Shown here in pieces: positions 1 to 9,726 of a stretch of DNA of 64,000 nucleotides. This DNA comes from an uncultured Actinomycetota bacterium. Its GTDB lineage: Bacteria > Actinomycetota > Actinomycetes > JAFAQI01. The notes under the pieces were generated by a model. It made no database searches and had not been told where the DNA came from. It saw nothing but the letters and a program-made list of their open reading frames with translations. A program made the translations under genes and the position numbers. The DNA is taken from assembly GCA_963770565.1 (NCBI GenBank), contig CAVYQE010000002.1:416001-480000 (forward strand), written 5' to 3'. Position 1 is the first letter of the stretch, and the number at the start of each line of letters is the position of its first letter.

Positions 1-335
1 ACAATCGCGATCGCGCCGCCGAGCACCACAACCTTCCGGTCCAGCCGGATCCGGCCGGCCACCACCGCACCGAGCCCGAGCAAGGCAGCCAGGTTGAAGA
101 CATTCGAGCCGATCACCACGCCCGCTCCGATCGTGCGCTGATGGTGGGCCAGCGCCGTCACCGACGCGGTGATCTCGGGAGCATCGGCCGCGAGTGCGGC
201 CACCATGCCCAGCAGCGCCTCCGAGGCCCCGAGCCGGTCACCTACCCGCTCCAAACGGGTCACCAGCAGCCAGCTCGTGACCAGGCTCGCCACCGAGCCC
301 AGCACGAACGCAATGATCGAGGTCTCCACCGTCAT
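1..335 (-). CDS. Na+/Ca2+ (CaCA family) antiporter, N-terminal part; runs off the window start
   Basis: My translation of the minus strand from ATG 335: MTVETSIIAFVLGSVASLV...AALAADAPEITASV...GVVIGSNVFNLAALLG, matching the CaCA alpha-1 repeat (PE...GSNVFN). Confidence 0.75.
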   Translation of the reverse strand, partial: MTVETSIIAFVLGSVASLVTSWLLVTRLERVGDRLGASEALLGMVAALAADAPEITASVTALAHHQRTIGAGVVIGSNVFNLAALLGLGAVVAGRIRLDRKVVVLGGAIAI

Positions 336-415
336 CGCCGCTCAGCCCGCCCCGCGCACGATCGTGACCCTAGCCATCGGGCCCGCCAATTGCGTTTCCC
401 GGAGGGTCGGGATAA

Positions 416-437
416 CGTACAACCAAATGGTTGTACG
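416..437. promoter_or_regulatory. Palindromic operator, likely ArsR autoregulatory site
   Basis: CGTACAACCA-AA-TGGTTGTACG, perfect 10-bp arms over the start of the ArsR gene. Confidence 0.65.
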
Positions 438-774
438 AATGGAAACGGACGTCGACGTGGATCGGATCTTCCACGCCCTCGCCGATGCCACCCGACGAGA
501 CATCCTGGTGCACGCGATCCAGCGTGAACAGTCCGTTTCGACCCTCGCCCGCCGCTATCGGATGAGCTTCGCGGCCGTTCAGAAGCACGTCGCCGTGCTC
601 GAGAAGGCCGACCTGGTGACGAAGCAGCGGCACGGCCGGGAGCAGATCGTGCACGGAAATCCCACCACCCTGCGCCGGGCCACCGAGCTGCTCGAGACCT
701 TCGAGCAGCTGTGGATCCAGCGCGCCGACCGGATCGCCGACCTGCTGGCCGGCGAGGAAGGAAACCCCTCATGA
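427..774 (+). CDS. ArsR/SmtB family transcriptional regulator (start 427 or 439)
   Basis: FHALADATRRDIL...SVSTLARRYRMSFAAVQKHVAVLEKADLV wHTH; ATGA overlap with the SRPBCC gene. Confidence 0.9.
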   Translation: MVVRMETDVDVDRIFHALADATRRDILVHAIQREQSVSTLARRYRMSFAAVQKHVAVLEKADLVTKQRHGREQIVHGNPTTLRRATELLETFEQLWIQRADRIADLLAGEEGNPS

Positions 775-1265
775 CCGTGATCAGCAGCACCAAGGACCCT
801 GCCAGCCTGACCCTCACGGTGGTCGCGGAGTTCGACGCCGAGCCGGCCCGGGTGTGGCAGGTCTGGGAGGACCCGCGCCAGCTCGAACGTTGGTGGGGCC
901 CGCCGACGTACCCGGCGACGTTCACCCGGCACGACTTCCACGTGGGCGGCGAGTCCCGCTACCACATGACCGGGCCGACCGGTGACACTCCGCGCGGCTG
1001 GTGGCGGATCAACGCGATCGACAAGCCGCACCGGCTCGACTTCGCCAACGGCCTGGCCGGCGACGACGGCGAGCCAGCACCGGGAGTCGAGCCGATGGCG
1101 GGCTACGTGACCTTCGAGCCGACCGAGGCCGGCACGCGGATGACCGCGGTCACACACTTCACCGACCCGCAGCAAATGGAGAAGATGCTCGGCATGGGCA
1201 TGCAGGAAGGGATGACCGCAGCCGTCAGCCAGATCGACGAGGTCCTGGTCTCGGCACCGGTCTGA
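771..1265 (+). CDS. SRPBCC/AHA1-like ligand-binding protein
   Basis: EFDAEPARVWQVWEDPRQLERWWGPP motif; usual partner of ArsR regulators. Confidence 0.88.
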   Translation: MTVISSTKDPASLTLTVVAEFDAEPARVWQVWEDPRQLERWWGPPTYPATFTRHDFHVGGESRYHMTGPTGDTPRGWWRINAIDKPHRLDFANGLAGDDGEPAPGVEPMAGYVTFEPTEAGTRMTAVTHFTDPQQMEKMLGMGMQEGMTAAVSQIDEVLVSAPV

Positions 1266-1747
1266 CCACCGACGGACCTCACTTCACGCGCGAGCCGCCG
1301 GACAGTGTGGTGGCCCCGACCGACGCCGCGCATCCAAAGGCGACGGCCGGGGCCTACTGACCCCGCCTCACGGCGCGAGACCAGCCCACCCCCGAAGCCT
1401 CGGCAGATCGACCGACTGCCTTGACGAAGCACGTGCCCGTCGACGCCTTGGTCGTGTAGTCAGTTCTGCTGACTTTCCCTCGTGGGGTGGCTTCCTGCCG
1501 GTATCGCGTCTATGGTCCGGTACATACCCCGGGGGAAGGGGCAGAGCTCCGAGTGCCGGAGCAGGCAGGTCTCGGGACGCTCGTCGGGTCGGTCGTCGGC
1601 CCCGGCGCCCGAGCCGAAGTCCGTACTCAAATCACGGGGACCGGATCATCCCCTTGCTGGTCATCCGCGCTGCGGTCGAGTTGTGCCGTCGGCGCCCATG
1701 GGCTGCACCGGCGGTGCAAGGACGCGTGACCAAACAAAGGATCGCCC

Positions 1748-2503
1748 ATGCACGCCAGCCTTCAGAAGCCCGGTCGGATACCCGGGGTGTTGTTCATCCT
1801 TACCTTCGTCTTCTCCATCCCGACGTTGTGGTTCTACGCGCCGGTGCTCGACCACCACAGCTACATCCTGGGCGCGGGCCAGGACACCCGGGTCGCGATC
1901 GGCGCGTTGTTCGATGCGCTCACCGGGATCGCCGGAATCGCCACGGCCGTCACCTTCTACCCGGTGCTGAAGCGGCAGAGCCAGCCCTTGGCGCTCGGCT
2001 ACGTGGCCAGTCGGACCGTCGAGACAGCAACGATCGTCATCGGCCTCATCAGTTTGATGGCTGTCGTGAGACTGCGGCAGGACCTGGCCGGGGGCGGCGC
2101 CGACGCCGCGTCGGCCGTCATCGCCGGTCGGTCGCTGGTAGCGGTCTACCACGGAGCGTTCCTGCTGGGACCGTCCTTCTGCGCCGGTATCGGCAACGGC
2201 ATGCTTCTCGGCTACCTGCTGTACCGGACCGGTCTGGTGCCTCGTCGGATGGCGATGATCGGTCTCATCGGTGGCCCGCTTGCCTTCCTCGCTGCCACTC
2301 TGACCTTGCTCGGCGTGTACGACCAGAACTCGGCCGCGCAAAACCTGCTGACCATCCCTGAAATCGTCTGGGAAGCAGCGCTGGGCATCTACCTGACCGT
2401 GAATGGCTACCGACCGTCAGCACTCCTCGGCGAAACCAAGCGTGGGACCGATGCTCCCGATGAGTCGTCACCGGCTGTCGCTACACCGGCCGTGAGTGTC
2501 TGA
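1748..2503 (+). CDS. DUF4386-like membrane protein
   Basis: About 6 hydrophobic segments; 'YPVLKR...LALGYVASRTVE', 'YRTGLVPRRMA', 'WEAALGIYLTVNG'; AAGGA RBS. Confidence 0.75.
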   Translation: MHASLQKPGRIPGVLFILTFVFSIPTLWFYAPVLDHHSYILGAGQDTRVAIGALFDALTGIAGIATAVTFYPVLKRQSQPLALGYVASRTVETATIVIGLISLMAVVRLRQDLAGGGADAASAVIAGRSLVAVYHGAFLLGPSFCAGIGNGMLLGYLLYRTGLVPRRMAMIGLIGGPLAFLAATLTLLGVYDQNSAAQNLLTIPEIVWEAALGIYLTVNGYRPSALLGETKRGTDAPDESSPAVATPAVSV

Positions 2504-2663
2504 TTCGGGTACGTCGACCGACTGATCGGTTCGTGCAGAGCTAGGTACCGCGGGCGGTAGCTGATGATGCACGAACCGTTCGGTCACTACCGATTGAAAT
2601 CGCTTAGGTAACACCATGGTTGCGACTGAGCCGACCGCCGTCTCCGGGTGTCAGGATTCCAGC

Positions 2664-3176
2664 GTGAACGAGCGGACGGCCCGCCGGCTCGTCGGTGCGG
2701 TCGCCCTGAGCGCGGCGCTTGCCGGTTGTTCCTCGTCCGGCTCATCGCCAGCAGGTACAGCACCGAGCGGTACGGCGTCAGCCGCTGCGGCAGATCCTCT
2801 TCAGGCGTACCTCGACGCGGTCAACGCGCTCTGCGACGCGCTACTGCCCAAGATCGTCACAGTGACGCACGGGGGCAGCATCGACGTACCGGCGCGCGAA
2901 TACCTCGTGACCTGGCCTGCCCACAAACGCCTGCTCGACGGATTCGACACGCATGTGGCCACCATTCCCGTCCCGACCGCCGCTCAGGGCAAGGCCGCCG
3001 CGTTGACCGCCTACGTTCGCTTCGCTGATCGGCTCGATGCTGCCCGATTGGCCGCCGCAAGGAAGGGTCAGGCCGCCTACGCCAAGGAGGTGCGGTCCGA
3101 GTCCGGCGTCGACAATGATCCGACCATCGCCGCACTCGCGGCCGCCGGCTTCAACGACTCCTGCACCGCGCGGTGA
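2664..3176 (+). CDS. Secreted lipoprotein, unknown function
   Basis: Signal peptide with lipobox LAGC followed by a Ser/Ala-rich linker. Confidence 0.6.
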   Translation: MNERTARRLVGAVALSAALAGCSSSGSSPAGTAPSGTASAAAADPLQAYLDAVNALCDALLPKIVTVTHGGSIDVPAREYLVTWPAHKRLLDGFDTHVATIPVPTAAQGKAAALTAYVRFADRLDAARLAAARKGQAAYAKEVRSESGVDNDPTIAALAAAGFNDSCTAR

Positions 3177-3316
3177 ACCACGGCGGCCGCGGCCGCCGCC
3201 GGACCGAACTCCGGCTCGACGATGAGCGCCGCGCGCGCGACGAAGTGCTCGTCGGGCGGTGGGAGCTCGTGCCGGATGCCGCGACCAGGAAGGACGAGAC
3301 CCGGTTATTGTGCAGC

Positions 3317-3841
3317 GTGGCCTACACCATCGACGGTGCGCGTCAGGTGCTGAGCAGGACCCCGGACACGCTGACGTCGCTGCTCGCGACGATCAGCGAC
3401 GAGTGGCTCTACACCAGTGAGGCACCAGGCGCGTGGTCGCCGTACGAAGTCTGCGGACACCTGCTCCACATCGAGCAGACGGACTGGATGGACCGGACCC
3501 GCATCATCTTGACCCACGGCGACGACCACCCGTTCGAGCCCGTAGACCGAGAGGCTGGCTTTGCCCGCTTCGCCGGATGGTCGGTCACGGAGTTGGTGAC
3601 CGCGTTCACCGATGCCCGGCAGTCGAATCTGGATGAGCTTGACCGGCTGGTCACACCGCAGGACCTCCTACGACAAGGACAGCACCCGGAGTTCGGCGCG
3701 GTCACGCTGAGCCAGTTGCTCGCGACCTGGGTCGTACACGACCTCAACCATCTGCATCAAGCGGTGAAGACGATGGCGAAGCACTACACCGACGCGGTCG
3801 GTCCTTGGCGCGCCTACCTGGCAATCCTCGACCTGCCGTAG
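3317..3841 (+). CDS. DinB/DUF664 family metal-dependent protein
   Basis: WSPYEVCGHLLHIE ... HPEFGAVTLSQLLATWVVHDLNH (His triad). Confidence 0.85.
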   Translation: MAYTIDGARQVLSRTPDTLTSLLATISDEWLYTSEAPGAWSPYEVCGHLLHIEQTDWMDRTRIILTHGDDHPFEPVDREAGFARFAGWSVTELVTAFTDARQSNLDELDRLVTPQDLLRQGQHPEFGAVTLSQLLATWVVHDLNHLHQAVKTMAKHYTDAVGPWRAYLAILDLP

Positions 3842-3931
3842 AAGCGATCCCGCCGTGGCGTGGCGAACCAGAGCAGATCTCGCCCGACACCTCACCAAGA
3901 GTTCGAGTAAGCATCACGATGGTCCTCGGAG

Positions 3932-4004
3932 TGGAGCTGAGGGGACTCGAACCCCTGACCCCCTCGTTGCGAACGAGGTGCGCTACCAGCTGCGCTACAG
4001 CCCC
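3932..4004 (-). tRNA. tRNA-Ala (anticodon CGC), CCA not encoded
   Basis: Reverse complement GGGGCTGTAGCGCAGCTGGTAGCGCACCTCGTTCGCAACGAGGGGGTCAGGGGTTCGAGTCCCCTCAGCTCCA folds as a cloverleaf. Confidence 0.97.
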
Positions 4005-4055
4005 AGAGCGGCCGAGTTTAGCCGACCCGATCGCTGCCGAACGCGGCTGAGAACG

Positions 4056-5210
4056 TCAGTCGTTGACGGCCCAGCGCCGGTCGAGGATCTCTTCCAGGTC
4101 GTCGGCCGGGTCGAGCTCGGCCGGGGTCTCGGAGGGCGGAAGGAGCGGTTCGAAGATCGGCGGCCGGGGCCGGCGAGGCGGTGCGGTCGGCTTGGTGACG
4201 TACGTCGGAGGCGGCACCGGCACCGGCTCCCAGGGCGCGCCGCCGATCTCGAGTTGCGGCTCCTCGTCGAGCGCGGCGACGTCAGCGGCCGTGACATCGA
4301 GGAAGGCGTCGTCGTCGATCGGCGGGTACGACGCGGTCTCGTGCCGGTCGACCTCCAGCTCGGCGGTCTGGTCGAAGATCGCGTCTGCGGCCGCCCGGCG
4401 CGGCTCGCTCCGCTCGACCGGGGCGTACCCAGGAGCCATTTCCTCGGGCTCGACCCGGCCGGACTCCATCACCTCTGGGGCGGTCTGGTCGAACAGCACC
4501 TCCCGGCGGCCCATCGGCGGGGCAATCCGGACCGACTCGACCGGCTCCCGGGCCTCCGCCGCGACGACCGCGTCCAGCGTCGACTCGAGCTCACGCTCGG
4601 CCACCCGGGCCGGACGGGGCGCTGCGGCCGGCCGTTGCCTGGCTGCCGGTCGCTGCGCCTGCCGTCGCGCCGGCGCGCGGCGGGCCGGCCGCGACTGCTG
4701 CGTACGGCGGGCGGACGCGGGCCGGCTCGACCGGGCGGGGGCGGCGTGGCGAGCCTGCGTGACCAGCTGGGCGACAAACGCGACAAAAACGGCGTCAACC
4801 GCGAACTGAAGCACCCAAAGGCCCAGTCCGCCGATCTCGAACCCCGCCACGAGCGTGATCGCCACCAGCGCGAGCAGGCCGAGCAGGGTCCGGCGCCGGC
4901 GGGTGGCTCCCGAAACCGGGCGGTGGCCGGCCCTGGCCTTGGCCTTGGCCCGACGAGCGGCGAGTGCCGCGACCCGGCTTCGGCGCTCGGCCGAGGCGCC
5001 GGAGACGTGCACGTCGACTGAGCGGCTTCGATGGGGCATCACGACGTACCTCCGGTCGGCCGCGGCCTCGCGACGGGACAGCGTGTGCATGGCACTGGTG
5101 AACCGCTCGACGGAGCGCGATTCCTCGGTTTCGTCGTGCCGGCGGAGCCACATCGGGATCAACACCACAGCCCACATCACCACAAGTCCCAGCAGGATTA
5201 CGGGACTCAC
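4056..5210 (-). CDS. Actinobacterial divisome membrane protein SepX/GlpR-like (Rv0996 position)
   Basis: N-terminal TM 'WAVVLIPMWLRR', 'RRRRTL' TM pair, C-terminal 'WEPVPVPPPTYVTKP'; conserved position between rimJ and tRNA-Ala. Confidence 0.75.
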   Translation of the reverse strand: MSPVILLGLVVMWAVVLIPMWLRRHDETEESRSVERFTSAMHTLSRREAAADRRYVVMPHRSRSVDVHVSGASAERRSRVAALAARRAKAKARAGHRPVSGATRRRRTLLGLLALVAITLVAGFEIGGLGLWVLQFAVDAVFVAFVAQLVTQARHAAPARSSRPASARRTQQSRPARRAPARRQAQRPAARQRPAAAPRPARVAERELESTLDAVVAAEAREPVESVRIAPPMGRREVLFDQTAPEVMESGRVEPEEMAPGYAPVERSEPRRAAADAIFDQTAELEVDRHETASYPPIDDDAFLDVTAADVAALDEEPQLEIGGAPWEPVPVPPPTYVTKPTAPPRRPRPPIFEPLLPPSETPAELDPADDLEEILDRRWAVND

Positions 5211-5281
5211 GATCGGGCCTGCCGACGGTTGGGATCCATCGCAGAGAAACGCTAACCAGCGTTCGCCCGATGGGCACGCAC

Positions 5282-5932
5282 CTAAGCCGGTGTGTCGCGA
5301 TGTGGCCGAAGCGTCGGTTCCGTCCGTTGCTGCGCTTCATGCCAGCGATTCAGCAGCCCTTGCGGCACATCATCTTTCACCAATGCGAACGTCAGATGGT
5401 CCCGCCAGTCGCCGTCTATGTGCAGGAACCGCTCGCGGACGCCCTCGCTGCGGAAGCCGAGCTTCTCGACCACGCGCTTGCTCGCGACGTTCTCGGGCCG
5501 GATGTTGACCTCGATCCGGTGCAGCCCGACCACCCGGAAGCTGTGGTCGACGGCGAGCGCCACCGCGGTCGGCATCACGCCTCGGCCGGCAAAGTTCTGG
5601 TCGATCCAGTACCCGATGTGGGCGGACTCCATCGACCCTCGTACGACGCCGGCCACGTTGACCTGTCCGGCGAACTCTCCCCCGACCTCGATCACGAACG
5701 GCAACGCCAAACCGCGTCGAGCGTCGGTCCGCAGCCGGCGGGTCATCGTTGTGAATACGGCCGACGACGCCCCGAACCCACTCGGACCGGCCGGCGGGGT
5801 GGCCTCCCAGCGCCGCAACCACTCGACGTTGCGGCGCCGTGACTCGATCCACTCCGAGCTGTCCCGCATCCGCAACGGGCGCAAGGTGACCTCGCCGTCG
5901 CGCAGCACCGCCGGCCACCCCGGAGCGCTCAC
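5282..5932 (-). CDS. rimJ: RimJ-type ribosomal protein N-acetyltransferase (GNAT)
   Basis: IGYWID...GRGVMPTAVAL...GLHRIEVNIRPENVASKRVVEKLGF...GDWRDH. Confidence 0.9.
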   Translation of the reverse strand: MSAPGWPAVLRDGEVTLRPLRMRDSSEWIESRRRNVEWLRRWEATPPAGPSGFGASSAVFTTMTRRLRTDARRGLALPFVIEVGGEFAGQVNVAGVVRGSMESAHIGYWIDQNFAGRGVMPTAVALAVDHSFRVVGLHRIEVNIRPENVASKRVVEKLGFRSEGVRERFLHIDGDWRDHLTFALVKDDVPQGLLNRWHEAQQRTEPTLRPHRDTPA

Positions 5933-5948
5933 CGCCGACCGCGGATCA

Positions 5949-6449
5949 CTAGTGGTCGCCGCCGCGAAGCTGCGAGATCGCGTGGCCGATGACCGGTGCT
6001 AGCACGGCGACGCCGTCCTTCACCCCGCCGGGCGAGCCCGGCAGGTTGACCACCAGGGTCGAGCCGGCCAGACCCGCGACCGCGCGCGAGAGGATCGTCG
6101 TCGGCAACTCGTCGCGGCGATATTGCCGCAACGCTTCTGCCAGCCCCGGCACCTCCCGGTCGATCACCCGACGGGTCGCTTCCGGCGTGACGTCACGTGG
6201 CGACAATCCGGTCCCGCCGGTCGTCGCGACTAGGTCGACGCCGTCGCTGATCGCGGCCCGCAGCGCGATCTCGATGATCTCGATTTCGTCAGGCACGACA
6301 ACGACTTCGGCGACCGCGAGGCCGACCTCAGTGAGCAACTCGGCGAGCAACGGGCCCGACGTGTCGTGGCGGTCACCGGTGTGCGAGCGATCGGAAACCG
6401 TGATCACCCGCGCGCGAGCGTCGGCCGGCAACCGATCGGCCGTGGTCAT
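5949..6449 (-). CDS. Molybdopterin adenylyltransferase MogA/MoaB family
   Basis: TVSDR...TTGGTGLSPRDVTPEA...LSRAVAG...NLPGSP. Confidence 0.92.
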   Translation of the reverse strand: MTTADRLPADARARVITVSDRSHTGDRHDTSGPLLAELLTEVGLAVAEVVVVPDEIEIIEIALRAAISDGVDLVATTGGTGLSPRDVTPEATRRVIDREVPGLAEALRQYRRDELPTTILSRAVAGLAGSTLVVNLPGSPGGVKDGVAVLAPVIGHAISQLRGGDH

Positions 6450-6919
6450 GACGACCGATGCCAGTCGCCGTGCACACCGCCGGTCTTCTCGACGACCTCG
6501 ACGTCGGTGATGCGGGCGTTCTGATCGACGCCCTTCACCATGTCGATCACCGCGAGACCCGCGACCGTGACCGCGGTCAACGCCTCCATCTCGACCCCGG
6601 TGCGATCAGCAGTCCGCACGGTCGCGGTGATCGCAACGCCGTGATCGGTCACGTCGAGATCCACCGTCACCCCGTGCAACGCGATCGGATGACACAGCGG
6701 GATGAGGTCCGGCGTACGTTTCGCCGCCATAATGCCCGCGATCCGGGCGACGCCGAGTGCGTCGCCCTTCGGCAGGCCCTGGCTCCGCAACAGCTCGACC
6801 ACTTCCGCCGACACCTCGACCGCGCCTCGGGCGGTGGCGGTCCGAACGCTGACGTCTTTGCCGGATACGTCCACCATCCGGGCCGCCCCGGACTCGTCGA
6901 TGTGGCTGAAGCCGCTCAT
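6446..6919 (-). CDS. moaC: Cyclic pyranopterin monophosphate synthase
   Basis: ARMVDVSGK...KGD...LIPLCHP...TGVEMEALTA...DMVK. Confidence 0.96.
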   Translation of the reverse strand: MSGFSHIDESGAARMVDVSGKDVSVRTATARGAVEVSAEVVELLRSQGLPKGDALGVARIAGIMAAKRTPDLIPLCHPIALHGVTVDLDVTDHGVAITATVRTADRTGVEMEALTAVTVAGLAVIDMVKGVDQNARITDVEVVEKTGGVHGDWHRSS

Positions 6920-6926
6920 CGCGACG

Positions 6927-8159
6927 TCACTGCTGCCGCCGCTCGAGCATCATCACCGTGACGGCCGCACCGGCATCCACCTCGGTCGAAGCCTCCGGTA
7001 CCACGATCAGCGCATTCGAGGCGGCAAGTGAGGCGATCAGGTGCGACCCGCTGCCACCGACCGGACGCACCGTGTAGGCGCCCTGCTCCACCGACAACCA
7101 GGCGCGAAGGTACGAGCGGCGGCCCGGCGGCGAGCGCAGCGGCTCGCTGACCCGCGCCCGGATCATTGGCCGGGAGATCGGCTCCACCCCGAGCATCCGG
7201 CGCAGCGCCGGCCGCACGAAGACCTCGAACGACACGTACGAGCTCACCGGGTTGCCCGGCAGTCCGAAGAACGGGATCTTCTCCGGCCCGATCGTGCCGA
7301 AGCCCTGCGGCATCCCCGGCTGCATCGCGATCCGGTCGAACTGCACCGTGCCGACCCGGCTCAGCACTTCCTTCACGACGTCGTAGGCACCGACGCTGAC
7401 CCCGCCGCTGGTCACGACGACATCGGCGCGGATCAACTGATCCTCGAGCGTGTCGGCCAGCAGCCGGGGGTCGTCAGGCACGATCCCGACCCGATAGGCA
7501 ATGGCGCCCGCCTCGAGTGCGGCCGCGGTGAGCAACGCGCTGTTCGAATCGGGGATCTGGCCGCGGCTCAGCGGTTGTCCGGGTTCGACCAGCTCGCTGC
7601 CGGTCGAGAGCACCACTACCCGGGGCCGCGGCCTGACGACGACCCGGTCGCGGCCGACCGCGGCGAGCAGACCGAGCTGGGTCGCGCCGAGGTGCGTGCC
7701 GGCGGCGAGCACCAAGGTGCCCGGCTGCGCATCCTCGCCGGCCAGCCGCACGCAGCTTCCGGTCGCCGGCGCGGCCCTGATCGCGACCTGGGCGAGCCCG
7801 CCGTCGGTGTCCTCGAGCGGAACAACGGTGTCTGCACCCGGCGGCATCGGCGCGCCGGTCATGATCCGCACGCACAACCCGGGTTGCACCGTGTACGGCG
7901 AGGTGCTACCGGCCGCGACGTCACCGACGACCGGCAGGACCACCGGGTTCGACTCACTGGCCTGCGTGAGATCAACCGCGCGTACGGCGTACCCGTCCAT
8001 GGCCGAGTTGTCGAACGGCGGCAACGGAAACGTCGAGGTGACGTCTTCGACTAGCACGCAGCCGTGCGCGTCGGGCAGGGTCAGATCGAGACCGCCGAGC
8101 GGCCTGACGACCGCCATGATCTCGTCGAGGTGCTCGTCAACCGACTTCATCGTGGTCAT
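6927..8159 (-). CDS. moeA: Molybdopterin molybdotransferase
   Basis: PPFDNSAMDGYAV, RIMTGAP, STGSEL, SGGVSVGAYD, GLPGNPVS motifs. Confidence 0.95.
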   Translation of the reverse strand: MTTMKSVDEHLDEIMAVVRPLGGLDLTLPDAHGCVLVEDVTSTFPLPPFDNSAMDGYAVRAVDLTQASESNPVVLPVVGDVAAGSTSPYTVQPGLCVRIMTGAPMPPGADTVVPLEDTDGGLAQVAIRAAPATGSCVRLAGEDAQPGTLVLAAGTHLGATQLGLLAAVGRDRVVVRPRPRVVVLSTGSELVEPGQPLSRGQIPDSNSALLTAAALEAGAIAYRVGIVPDDPRLLADTLEDQLIRADVVVTSGGVSVGAYDVVKEVLSRVGTVQFDRIAMQPGMPQGFGTIGPEKIPFFGLPGNPVSSYVSFEVFVRPALRRMLGVEPISRPMIRARVSEPLRSPPGRRSYLRAWLSVEQGAYTVRPVGGSGSHLIASLAASNALIVVPEASTEVDAGAAVTVMMLERRQQ

Positions 8160-8169
8160 GCGCGACCGC

Positions 8170-9099
8170 TCATGGTTGCAGCGGCTCGACCGGATCGCCC
8201 AAGGGCAGCCGCTCGGCAACGAAATCTCCGAGCCACTTCCGGAACTCCGGACCGAGATCGGCGCGATCGCACGCGAGCTGGACGATCGCCTTGAGGTAGT
8301 CCGCCTTGTCGCCGGTGTCATAGCGTCGGCCGCGGAAGATCACGCCGTGCACCGGCCCACCGTCGCCAGGGCGATCGGTGAGTGCCTCGATGGCGTCGGT
8401 GAGCTGGATCTCGTTGCCGCGCCCCGGCTTCGTTTCACGGATGACGTCGAAGATCTCCGGCGAGAGCACATAGCGGCCGATGATCGCGAGGTTGCTCGGC
8501 GCCTCAGCCGGACTCGGCTTCTCGACCAGCCCGGTGATCCGCACCACATCGGTCTCATCCGTGGCCTCGACCGCCGCGCAGCCGTAGAGGCCGATCTGCT
8601 CGTGCGGCACTTCGAGCAGTGCAACCACGCAGCCGCCGAGCCGGCGCTGCACGTCGATCATCTGGGTGAGCAGGACGTCGCGCTCGTCGATGAGGTCGTC
8701 GCCCAGCAGCACGGCAAAAGGCTGGTTCCCAACATGCTGGGCCGCGCAGAGCACCGCGTGCCCGAGCCCGCGCGCCGAGCCTTGGCGTACGTAGTGCACG
8801 GTCGCCAGCTCGGTGACGCTGCGCACCTGGTCGAGCAGGTCGCGCTTGCCGGCGTCGCCTTCGAGCCGGTCCTCGAGCTCGTAGTGCCGATCGAAGTGGT
8901 CCTCGATCGGCGTCTTGTTGCGGCCGGTGACCATCAGCACGTCATCAAGTCCGGCCCGCACCGCCTCTTCGACGACGTACTGGATGGCGGGCTTGTCGAC
9001 GACGGGCAGCATCTCCTTCGGCGTCGCCTTGGTGGCCGGCAGGAACCGGGTCCCCAGCCCCGCCACCGTCACAACCGCCTTCGTCACGCCGGTGGTCAT
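8170..9099 (-). CDS. galU: UTP-glucose-1-phosphate uridylyltransferase
   Basis: AGLGTRFLPATKATPKEMLPVVDKP, GLGHAV, VEKP, EIQLTDA. Confidence 0.96.
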   Translation of the reverse strand: MTTGVTKAVVTVAGLGTRFLPATKATPKEMLPVVDKPAIQYVVEEAVRAGLDDVLMVTGRNKTPIEDHFDRHYELEDRLEGDAGKRDLLDQVRSVTELATVHYVRQGSARGLGHAVLCAAQHVGNQPFAVLLGDDLIDERDVLLTQMIDVQRRLGGCVVALLEVPHEQIGLYGCAAVEATDETDVVRITGLVEKPSPAEAPSNLAIIGRYVLSPEIFDVIRETKPGRGNEIQLTDAIEALTDRPGDGGPVHGVIFRGRRYDTGDKADYLKAIVQLACDRADLGPEFRKWLGDFVAERLPLGDPVEPLQP

Positions 9100-9156
9100 A
9101 GGCCAACCCTAGTGTCCGCTTGCATCCCAGGCCGCTCGTGACGGCAGACTGCTCGC

Positions 9157-9726
9157 GTGACCGGCGAGGCGAGGACCCGGAAGGACGCCCTACGGGCAAT
9201 GATCCTGGCCGCCCGCCAAGGCATGGCGCCGAGCGATCGGGCGGGGGCCGAGGAGGCCATCGCGGCGCACGGTCTCACCGCTTGGCGCGACCTGCAGACG
9301 GTCGCGGCGTACCTGTCGTTCGGCACCGAGCCGCCGACCGTCGCGTTGCTCGATCAGCTGACGTCCCACGACGTGCGAATCCTGCTCCCCGTCATCGACG
9401 GCGATCGACTCGACTGGGCGGTGTACGCCGGCACCGACTCGGTCGCGGTCGGGCCGCTCGGGATCCGCGAGCCGGCCGGCGAACGGCTCGGCGTCGGTGC
9501 ACTCGCGAGCGCCGATGTCGTGGTGGTGCCGGCACTTGCGGTCGACGCTCATGGCAACCGGCTCGGCCGAGGCCGTGGCTACTACGACCGGGCGCTGGCC
9601 GAGGTGTCCGCAACCGTGGTCGCAGTGATCTACGACGAGGAGCTGATCGACGACGTGCCGACCGAGACCCATGACCGTCGGGTCGATGCGATCCTGCGGC
9701 CGGCCGGTCTCAGCCGTTCCAGCTAG
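9157..9726 (+). CDS. 5-formyltetrahydrofolate cyclo-ligase
   Basis: K..LR N-terminus; VVPALAVDAHGNRLGRGRGYYDR; E.HD. Confidence 0.93.
   Translation: MTGEARTRKDALRAMILAARQGMAPSDRAGAEEAIAAHGLTAWRDLQTVAAYLSFGTEPPTVALLDQLTSHDVRILLPVIDGDRLDWAVYAGTDSVAVGPLGIREPAGERLGVGALASADVVVVPALAVDAHGNRLGRGRGYYDRALAEVSATVVAVIYDEELIDDVPTETHDRRVDAILRPAGLSRSS

Noticed and set aside
3860-3931. Possible integrated element at the 3' end of tRNA-Ala
   Set aside because: Adjacent genes look accessory, but no integrase or duplicated tRNA end is visible in the window
7501-9141. Long antisense ORFs in the track (also 3855-5021, 29396-30976, 26410-27738 and others)
   Set aside because: Shadow ORFs typical of high-GC DNA, opposite well-supported genes
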